DNA from: an uncultured Methanosarcinales archaeon
GTDB lineage: Archaea; Nanobdellota; Nanobdellia; Woesearchaeales; GW2011-AR15
Assembly: GCA_964512765.1 (NCBI GenBank)
Contig: CAZEKF010000001.1
Span: 66,366-130,365 of the forward strand
Length of the DNA stretch: 64,000 nt
Direction of reading: 5' to 3'
Shown: positions 51,135-58,398 of the stretch, piece by piece
Numbering within the stretch: the first letter of the stretch is position 1
Layout: each line of letters starts with the position of its first letter
Translations under genes and position numbers: made by a program
Notes under the pieces: generated by a model
Databases searched by the model: none
What the model was told of the DNA's origin: nothing
What the model saw: the letters and a program-made list of their open reading frames with translations, nothing else

Positions 51135-51151
51135 TTTTATTTAAGGTATTA
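51107..51151. repeat. Gene-junction repeat, copy 3
   Basis: 45 nt identical to 49442-49486. Confidence 0.92.
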
Positions 51152-52694
51152 ATTCATCTGGTCCGTCATAATGAACTGTTGCAAAATTTACAACTGACCG
51201 ACCACTCCAAGTATATTCGTACAGCCTACCATTAAAATAAATCTGTTGCGATCCTCCAGCGTCCATGTTAATTGCAGAATGTGCACCAATGTTGTCCATT
51301 ATTTCTGCAGCATTGCACAAAGTCATTGGTTGAGTTATCATAACAAATAAGGTATTATCATTCACGCCAATCACTGTTCTTCCTCTTGAACCCCATTTAG
51401 GAGAATGACAATCTTGTTTAATGTCAGGATAAAAATCACCGCCGTAGTTGCTTCTATTAAACAAAGTATTGTTACCAGAAACAGCGTATAATATACCGTC
51501 GAAGTTACTGTTAATGTGCCTAATTGTTACTCTACCATTTTCATAAACTACTAATGAAGGCTCTCTAGGGTTTCCAGCATGGACATGATTACGATGTACA
51601 TACGGACCTTTAGGAACAGATGAACCAGAGTCCCATTGATCAGCATTAACAGTAAAAATTACATTATGGCTGTTAGCATATCCTTGCGCAGTATTTAACC
51701 CACCAGGTGCAGAAGATCCAACATTAATGTAAGGACTACACAAATCAAATTTAAACAAAGTATAATTGCCATTATTTTTAATTATTATAGGCTCATCCCT
51801 TGGTTTACAGTTATTTGGTCCTTGTGATTCTTCTGTTGGTCTAGGAGTATGTGTCAATGTAGGGACAGGAGTTGGTGTACTAATTAGATGTTTAATATCT
51901 ATATTACCTAAATCAGGTGAATAACTTTTAACTGCATCTTTTAGATGTTGGTAAGGATAACTGTTATTTGCAAAGCGCAACATTTCTTTTTCAGCTAGAT
52001 CGTAACTGTAGTTTTCGAACTCCACCCTATATATACCAACAATCATACCTGCTCTATGCGCACCATGCTGGCAATGAACATATACCGGTTGCATAGCAGG
52101 ATCTTTAATAATTGTCATAATCTCTAGAATATTTTTGTTAAAATCATGATGTGTAGGAGATTCTGCATTCATTGGATATTTATCAATGTAAATCATGCCT
52201 CTTTGTTCAACTAATGATCGTTCATTAGGCATTCCTTGAGACAAATCTATAACTGTTTTAAATCCTTGAGCTTGTAAATAATCAAAAGCAGCAGCAGAGT
52301 CTGGTTGAGCACCTGCAGCTAACACACCAGGATCAATCCATCTTAAATGAGTTACTGGTGAACCTTCAACTAAAGGAGGAATTTCTGCTTTAACAACAAT
52401 GTCAAGCGTAGTAGTTGGTTGAGGTGTAGGTGTATGGGTTGGCATCAATGTGGGCAGAGGAGTGTGAGTTAATGTTGCTAAAGTTTCTGGTGTTATGTAT
52501 GGGTCTGTTGGTGCGTACAGTACTGTTGCAGTAGTATCTAAGATTTGCTGAGCAGACATGTTATTAACATGAGCAGATGCATGGTCCCTTGTTTTAAAAT
52601 AAACAAATGACGCCGCTGTACCAAGAATAAATAATCCAAGAGGTATAACACAACTATTTCTACGATTCTTTCTTCTACGTCTCCTACGTGCCAT
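51141..52694 (-). CDS. Poly-Arg/ExIP family protein 4: Cys-based (dual-specificity/Siw14-like) phosphatase plus NAGPA-like phosphodiester glycosidase
   Basis: MARRRRRRKNRR, TM, stalk; GAQP, GFKTVIDL, VYVHCQHGAHRAG (CX5R); linker; RTVIG, AINMDAGGS, RSVVN; ends GPDELIP. Confidence 0.82.
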   Translation of the reverse strand: MARRRRRRKNRRNSCVIPLGLFILGTAASFVYFKTRDHASAHVNNMSAQQILDTTATVLYAPTDPYITPETLATLTHTPLPTLMPTHTPTPQPTTTLDIVVKAEIPPLVEGSPVTHLRWIDPGVLAAGAQPDSAAAFDYLQAQGFKTVIDLSQGMPNERSLVEQRGMIYIDKYPMNAESPTHHDFNKNILEIMTIIKDPAMQPVYVHCQHGAHRAGMIVGIYRVEFENYSYDLAEKEMLRFANNSYPYQHLKDAVKSYSPDLGNIDIKHLISTPTPVPTLTHTPRPTEESQGPNNCKPRDEPIIIKNNGNYTLFKFDLCSPYINVGSSAPGGLNTAQGYANSHNVIFTVNADQWDSGSSVPKGPYVHRNHVHAGNPREPSLVVYENGRVTIRHINSNFDGILYAVSGNNTLFNRSNYGGDFYPDIKQDCHSPKWGSRGRTVIGVNDNTLFVMITQPMTLCNAAEIMDNIGAHSAINMDAGGSQQIYFNGRLYEYTWSGRSVVNFATVHYDGPDELIP

Positions 52695-52736
52695 GATGTT
52701 CTCATCGACCAGTAGTAAATAGTTATATTTAAAGAT
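52670..52736 (-). repeat. Duplicated promoter plus start of the poly-Arg coding region, copy 1
   Basis: 67 nt identical to 54291-54357; similarity extends about 50 nt further into the genes; contains a TTTAAATA box on the minus strand. Confidence 0.92.
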
Positions 52737-52785
52737 AGTGGGTTTTCAATATGATTTTACTGTATAATTGAAGAAGAATTAGGTG

Positions 52786-54315
52786 CTATGGAATAGGTTC
52801 ATCATAATTATATTCATAAGCGGTTCTAAATGAGCTTGCAATATCTATACTGTTTCCAGAAATTAAAACTAATTTTCCACTATTTGACCCATTCATGGTT
52901 GGTATTGTTAAATTAACATTACCTTCTTCATTTGCTTGAATAACATCACCAGTAAAAACATTTGTTAATATTTCATAAGCTGGTAGTCCATTGAGCGTAT
53001 AATTTCTGGATTCTTGTGTTAAATTGACTAGGTAATACATTTGGGAGTCATTAGGCCCTTGCCTGACCATGTATGCAATACCATTTTGGTTTCCATATTC
53101 TGGATTTGATCCAGTTAACCAAGGCATTAACGCATGAAGTTCATGACCAATCTCACTAATAGTATTCCATAAAGATTCGTATAAACATGGTTTATTATAT
53201 TCACATTCTGGCCAATCCCATAAGGCAATACCATTAGCACCGCCAACAATTGCTTCGTCAATTCGTTGCCTAAGCATACCTCTTGATTGATTATAATTAA
53301 AATGTGCTGGTAAAACAACAAATGTAGAGTTTGAAATACCAGATTCTTTTTTACTTGATAACTGTCTTACTGAATTAAATGTTTTTCCAGTTCCTGAATA
53401 GTTATGATAAAAGTCAGCACCCCATATATCACCTAAGAGAGTATTAAATAATTGATCAGAAGAATAACCAAAATTAGGTTGATCCATTCTGTGATGTAAT
53501 ATTAATGTGTCGTGAACTGCATTGTTATGAATTTTTTTGTGGAGCCTTGTAACTTTTTCAGATATTAAGTTCCAATTTTTAATTAAATTAGGTTCATCTT
53601 TTCCATAGAACCATAACATTGAAGGATGATTATCTACAAAATTAATGAATTCAATTAGTTCTTCAGGTTTTTCGTCATATGTGTCAAATCGAGGAATCAT
53701 CATCATGCCAAATTCTCTGGCATGTTCAAAAATTTTGGGACCATATGGCTGCATAACAATTGTGTTAATACATGCATTAGACACTCTTTGCCACACATTC
53801 ATATTATGATTTATTTCAGCATCAGGCCCAAAGTCAGGATTATCAAATGCACCAGGAGGCCTAGGTAAATAATATATTCCAAATGGAAAAAAACCTGTTC
53901 CTTGTTGAGGGAGACCGTCACCAGTAATAATTATTGAACCTTGATTTTCATAATTTATTTGATTAGCACCATTTGCATACCAGGAAGGAACACATATAGT
54001 ATTATGTTGAACTAAATCTTGGAGATTTTGGACTTGAAGGGTGGGCGTTAGGGTAGGTAATGGTGTTGGTGTTGAAGTAGGTAATGGAGTATGAGTTAAA
54101 GTTGGTAATGTTTCAGAAGTCACAATTGTTTGAGTAGGTACAAAAAAAGCTTGTTGTGCAGGAGTCGCAACACTATTTTGTTGAACAGATGCTGCAATAT
54201 TTGGTATTACTTCTTCAAACATAAAATATGACACAGTAGTACCTAAAATAAATAATCCAAGAGGCACAACACAACTATTTCTACGTTTACTTCTTCTACG
54301 TCTCCTACGTGCCAT
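52786..54315 (-). CDS. Poly-Arg/ExIP family protein 5: TIM-barrel glycoside-hydrolase-like cargo (clan GH-A-like)
   Basis: MARRRRRRSKRR, TM, stalk; FFPFGIY, NHPSMLWFYGKDEP, DIWGADFY, GGANGIALW, YYLVN beta-sandwich; ends YNYDEPIP. Confidence 0.7.
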   Translation of the reverse strand: MARRRRRRSKRRNSCVVPLGLFILGTTVSYFMFEEVIPNIAASVQQNSVATPAQQAFFVPTQTIVTSETLPTLTHTPLPTSTPTPLPTLTPTLQVQNLQDLVQHNTICVPSWYANGANQINYENQGSIIITGDGLPQQGTGFFPFGIYYLPRPPGAFDNPDFGPDAEINHNMNVWQRVSNACINTIVMQPYGPKIFEHAREFGMMMIPRFDTYDEKPEELIEFINFVDNHPSMLWFYGKDEPNLIKNWNLISEKVTRLHKKIHNNAVHDTLILHHRMDQPNFGYSSDQLFNTLLGDIWGADFYHNYSGTGKTFNSVRQLSSKKESGISNSTFVVLPAHFNYNQSRGMLRQRIDEAIVGGANGIALWDWPECEYNKPCLYESLWNTISEIGHELHALMPWLTGSNPEYGNQNGIAYMVRQGPNDSQMYYLVNLTQESRNYTLNGLPAYEILTNVFTGDVIQANEEGNVNLTIPTMNGSNSGKLVLISGNSIDIASSFRTAYEYNYDEPIP

Positions 54316-54357
54316 GATGTTCTCATCGACCAGTAGTAAATAGTTATATTTAAAGAT
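54291..54357 (-). repeat. Duplicated promoter plus start of the poly-Arg coding region, copy 2
   Basis: 67 nt identical to 52670-52736. Confidence 0.92.
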
Positions 54358-54400
54358 GGTGTTTTTTATGAAAATTAACTCTTAATTAGTATCAAATAAT

Positions 54401-54432
54401 TTTAAATATAACGTGTCATTACTTTTTAGTAA
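54401..54432 (+). promoter_or_regulatory. Island promoter motif TTTAWATATAAC-N7-TACT with palindrome TTACT-N4-AGTAA
   Basis: Same spacing at 52711-52733(-), 54332-54354(-) and 57333-57355(+); ATTACTTTTTAGTA recurs at 62626-62639(-). Confidence 0.6.
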
Positions 54433-54441
54433 GAATTTATC

Positions 54442-55818
54442 ATGGTAAGATTGAACATTAAAAAAAAGACTAGAAAGCGCTCAAAAAAAAGAAGCTCAAG
54501 AAAGACTTTAAGAAGACGACCTAGTTCAGGTAATTCTCTTCAAAATAAATTGTTAAATTTTATACCTTCAGAGGCACCTGCTCAACGTCCAGGACTTGAA
54601 TTTAAAGATATTGTGGGAGATCTTTTTCGAAGGGGACCATGGTACTTATTTACACCATTTGCTTTGGAATCCGGAGATGCAACTGTTGATATTAATCCTT
54701 CTAGTCCAAGTCACGGGCAAATCATTGGTGATGTTAGTCTTAATCCAGTGAATGATTATGCAATAAATCATGTTACTTTTGAAATTGGGAAATCTATGTT
54801 AAGAGGCATTGCAGCTTCAAAAGAAAATTCAATAGTAGATACAATAATGCATGTAAGTGTTTTAGGATTATCCGGTTATCAATTTTATAATGGTTTTAGG
54901 AGATTAGGACATTTTCTATGGACAAATCCTATTACAGGTATACCCATTAGATCCTTAATAGGAAATTATGCACCAGATTTAGCAATGGCAATTGACATGG
55001 AATACTTGGACTTAAATTCACAACCAGAACAGTACACACCAATGGGTTCATTATTTGTAGGTATTAGCAACATCACTAGAGGATTTGAAGATGGAATTCA
55101 AGCACTGGGACAATTATATTTTGATGTTCTAAGAATGATGGGAAAGGTTGCGGAGTCAGAACCTAAAAGATCTCTTAAAGATATTCTAAAAGATTTAATT
55201 CCAAATATGCCTAGAGAAGCACCTGCTCAACGTCCAGGATTAGAATTTAAAGATATTTTTGCAGACTTATTCAGAAGAGGACCATGGTACTTACTTACAC
55301 CGTTTGCATTAGAGTCAGGAGATGCAACTGTTGATATTAACCCTTCCAGTCCAAGCCATGGACAAATCATTGGAGATTTAAGCCTTAATCCAATAAATGA
55401 TTATGCAGTTAGCCATGTCTCATTTGAAATTGGAAAATATGTATTAAGGGGCATTGCAGCAGCTGAGAAACGTCCTAAAGTAGATTTGTTAATGCACGGA
55501 CTTGTTGGTGCATTATCTGGTTGGCAAATTGCATATGGTTTAAAAAGATTTGGACATTTTCTATGGACAAACCCATTTACAGGCATACCTCTTAGATCTT
55601 TTATAGGTAGTAATGCACCAGATTTAGCGATGGCAATTGACATGGAATATTTAGATTTAAGTTTACAACCTGAACAGTATACGCCTATTAGTTCATATTT
55701 TGTAGGAATTAGTAATATCACCAGAGGAATTGAAGATGGAATTCAAGCAGTAGGGCAATTATATTATGATACTCTTAGAATAATGGGACGAGTTGCAGAA
55801 CCTGATGATATGTATTAA
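54442..55818 (+). CDS. Hypothetical protein with a highly basic N-terminus and two tandem ~195-aa repeats
   Basis: KKKTRKRSKKRSSRKTLRRR; the unit EAPAQRPGLEFKDI...LRxMGxVAE occurs twice at a 645-nt period. Confidence 0.8.
   Translation: MVRLNIKKKTRKRSKKRSSRKTLRRRPSSGNSLQNKLLNFIPSEAPAQRPGLEFKDIVGDLFRRGPWYLFTPFALESGDATVDINPSSPSHGQIIGDVSLNPVNDYAINHVTFEIGKSMLRGIAASKENSIVDTIMHVSVLGLSGYQFYNGFRRLGHFLWTNPITGIPIRSLIGNYAPDLAMAIDMEYLDLNSQPEQYTPMGSLFVGISNITRGFEDGIQALGQLYFDVLRMMGKVAESEPKRSLKDILKDLIPNMPREAPAQRPGLEFKDIFADLFRRGPWYLLTPFALESGDATVDINPSSPSHGQIIGDLSLNPINDYAVSHVSFEIGKYVLRGIAAAEKRPKVDLLMHGLVGALSGWQIAYGLKRFGHFLWTNPFTGIPLRSFIGSNAPDLAMAIDMEYLDLSLQPEQYTPISSYFVGISNITRGIEDGIQAVGQLYYDTLRIMGRVAEPDDMY
54571..55800 (+). 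repeat. Intragenic tandem duplication (54571-55155 and 55216-55800)
   Basis: Collinear ungapped protein and DNA similarity at offset 645. Confidence 0.92.
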
Positions 55819-55829
55819 TTTAAAGAATT

Positions 55830-57257
55830 TTATCCAGTAATTTGATTTTGTTTGTTATGAGTTTGATTATGATCATATAACTCTTTTGTACTTAGACTAG
55901 TTGTTGCTGCAACTTGTTTAATTTGCATATGGTCATTGTTTGCCCATGAAGAAATTCTATTTACAGCTGCATGTATCTTTTCCATATCTCCTTTTGCGTA
56001 CATTCTAACACAAGCCAAACGGTAGTTAGGGGGAAGTTTTCTTAATTTTTTTTTTTTAATTTGTTTTACAGGATCTCTAAACAAACCAGTTTTCGGCATC
56101 CAGTCACCGTAAGCATATTCAGGTATTACTTCAAATACCTCTTCAGGATCAAATTCATCAATTCCTTTGAACATTCTTTCAGTCCATGTTGCTTCATCAG
56201 GCGGCATCCATGGTGCTATGGAACAGTTTCGAAACCTAGCAATTGAGTTGGCTCTAGGCTGTGGAGTGTACGGATATCCATACAATGGATAGTAAATTTG
56301 TACTTCTAATTCAAGACCACCAGACTTTTCTTTTTCTATTTCACTAACGTACCCAACTACTAAGTCACCGTCTATTTCAACAGGATTTAACTGGGAAGAA
56401 ACACCAGGAATGGGATCCCATCTTGGGTTTAGAGCTCTTCCCAAGAATAAATGATCAGCATATCTATCTCTGTATCCTTCCATTTGTGAAAGATGTCTTG
56501 GTAAAGCAAAAAGACCACCTAGATCATAAACTCTTTTTGAAAATTCAACTTCTAATTCCATCTGCCCTGTATTTGTATCATGGTCAATATCAGCAAAAAC
56601 CAAAGTACCCAAACTTCTATCAAATATTTTAGGCAAAGCATTTAAAAATTGAACTCTAGCCATTTGTTCTGGATCAAGTTGTAATATTTTAATTGCATTC
56701 AAGATGTATTTAGTAACATAGGTCATGGGACCTTGCGAAAGAATGTTGACGTTTGATATGTATGGGCCGCTAGCAAGTGCATTAATAAGACGCTTACCAA
56801 AAGCATCTATAGTAATTTCAGTCTTTACATCTCGATCTTCCACAGGATATTGTCCAATTCTGTATCTGTTTTTTGATGCTTGAATTTCTTCGTAGGCAAA
56901 ATGATGTTTGAGATGGTGAACTGAAAAATCTGTAAACAGTGTTGCAAGCATATCTGGACTTCCTGCCATTTTAAAATCTAACTCTAACTTTGCATACGAT
57001 CTGTTTGGATAAAGTTCTAACCTTGTGTCACTACCTATGTATTCTTCTTGTTTAGGAACACGTTGAACTATACTTGCAAGCCCTTTTCTAATTTTCCTAT
57101 GTTTTGTTTTGTCTAAACTAAAAACTGGTTGCTCAGATTGCTGTGGCGGAGGAGTGTCCCATACCATGATTTGAGGTTCTGTTTGACCTAAATCTGTAGT
57201 TATTTCTCCTCCTTGGGTAGTTGTTATTCTAGAATCGTTGGATTTTGGACTAGTCAT
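55830..57257 (-). CDS. Hypothetical protein (likely start MTSPK at 57257)
   Basis: Long ORF; a TATA-like TTTAAATA lies about 30 nt upstream of 57257, inside the longer called ORF. Confidence 0.65.
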   Translation of the reverse strand: MTSPKSNDSRITTTQGGEITTDLGQTEPQIMVWDTPPPQQSEQPVFSLDKTKHRKIRKGLASIVQRVPKQEEYIGSDTRLELYPNRSYAKLELDFKMAGSPDMLATLFTDFSVHHLKHHFAYEEIQASKNRYRIGQYPVEDRDVKTEITIDAFGKRLINALASGPYISNVNILSQGPMTYVTKYILNAIKILQLDPEQMARVQFLNALPKIFDRSLGTLVFADIDHDTNTGQMELEVEFSKRVYDLGGLFALPRHLSQMEGYRDRYADHLFLGRALNPRWDPIPGVSSQLNPVEIDGDLVVGYVSEIEKEKSGGLELEVQIYYPLYGYPYTPQPRANSIARFRNCSIAPWMPPDEATWTERMFKGIDEFDPEEVFEVIPEYAYGDWMPKTGLFRDPVKQIKKKKLRKLPPNYRLACVRMYAKGDMEKIHAAVNRISSWANNDHMQIKQVAATTSLSTKELYDHNQTHNKQNQITG

Positions 57258-57332
57258 ATCGCATGAGATTATTAAGTTAATATTTAAATATTTGCTTTTT
57301 CTAACTACTTTCAAGTGATAAAATTAGTATTA

Positions 57333-57362
57333 TTTATATATAACTTGTAATTACTCATCGAT
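57333..57362 (+). promoter_or_regulatory. Island promoter motif upstream of the M23 gene
   Basis: TTTATATATAACTTGTAATTACTCATCGAT aligns without gaps to TTTAAATATAACTATTTACTACTGGTCGAT upstream of 52694 and 54315. Confidence 0.6.
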
Positions 57363-57369
57363 AATAAAA

Positions 57370-58398
57370 ATGCCTAGACGTAGAAGACGAAAGAAAGGAA
57401 TAGTGTCACCTCTGTTAATAGTTCCTGTTGTACTTTCTGCGACTAGTTGTTATTTAGTTTATTCAGTTCTTAAGTCTGATGATGGTGCTCTGGCACAAAA
57501 CAATGTTGTAATGATAACCACAACCTCAGAATACACTGCTACTCCTGCATACACATTAACTGCTGTTCCACCTGAATTAACACCAGAGGCAACAGTTGTT
57601 TTACAAGATTCTCATGGAGAAGGTTTCCCTGCAATACCTGCTGAGTTATTTAGTGGGATTCCTTCTAACCCAGGGGGAGGAGCTTTAGACGGTAGTTTGT
57701 TGCCAACATCTACACAAATGCCAAGAATGGGCTCTGAAGATCAACAGCCAAGAGAAGAACCGAATAATCCACAACCTGATCTTGGGAACTGTGCTATTAC
57801 TTACCCGTTTCAAGGAACACTAGGAGTTGATTTTTCAAGAACCTCGGGACCCCATACTTATGGAGCAGCAATAAATGGGGTTTCTCAGAATGCAGAAGAT
57901 TATGGAACTGCTGCAAATGTTGATCCAGTAATAGCTGTAATCTCAGGCAAAGTACTTTACTCATCACATGCACAATTATTGATTGATGGTCCTTGTTACT
58001 GGGCTTATTATTATCATGTTGACCAAGACCTGAGATACGGTCAACAAGTTGAAATTGGTCAAGCTATTGGTAGAGAAGCTTGTAATGTTGATAGTACTTC
58101 AGCAGGTTGTAGTGGTCCTCACGTTCACCTTAATATTTACGTTAAAGCTCAAGGACGAAGTGTGCCATTATCAGCTCTTAATGTCACATCTTGGCCAAAA
58201 GGTAATTCATATAATCCCTTCCAGGAGATTAGCGTAGCTTCTGCTATAGATTTTTTAGTTGCAAAAGAAACTTTGCAGGGCTATGAAGCAACACCACATG
58301 CTTTTGTATCTAAACAATTAGCAAGCGGTATTTATGTGCCTTCTTCAAAGAAAAAAAATGTTTTAGATGAAATAGTATGGGACCAGCCAATTTTGTAA
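57370..58398 (+). CDS. Poly-Arg family protein 6: M23-family metallopeptidase cargo
   Basis: MPRRRRRKKG, TM, T/P stalk; YPF, H...AEDYG, PVIAVISGKV, YYHV, GQQVEIGQAIG, SGPHVH; ends VWDQPIL (variant tag). Confidence 0.82.
   Translation: MPRRRRRKKGIVSPLLIVPVVLSATSCYLVYSVLKSDDGALAQNNVVMITTTSEYTATPAYTLTAVPPELTPEATVVLQDSHGEGFPAIPAELFSGIPSNPGGGALDGSLLPTSTQMPRMGSEDQQPREEPNNPQPDLGNCAITYPFQGTLGVDFSRTSGPHTYGAAINGVSQNAEDYGTAANVDPVIAVISGKVLYSSHAQLLIDGPCYWAYYYHVDQDLRYGQQVEIGQAIGREACNVDSTSAGCSGPHVHLNIYVKAQGRSVPLSALNVTSWPKGNSYNPFQEISVASAIDFLVAKETLQGYEATPHAFVSKQLASGIYVPSSKKKNVLDEIVWDQPIL

Noticed and set aside
48091..51151. Junction repeats as a CRISPR array or integron attC sites
   Set aside because: Spacing is 1.3-1.7 kb, the repeats are protein-coding at both ends and not palindromic, and no cas or integrase gene is present.
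46728..57460. Poly-Arg heads as classical Tat or class III (pilin) signal peptides
   Set aside because: Most lack the (S/T)RRxFLK pattern at the helix start, and only 57370 (KKG-IVSPL) resembles a prepilin cleavage site. Neither explains the whole family, though Tat use is not formally excluded.
58351..58358. A8 run as a programmed frameshift joining the M23 and lysozyme ORFs
   Set aside because: A stop (TGA, 58368-58370) in the downstream frame lies between the run and the 58377 start.
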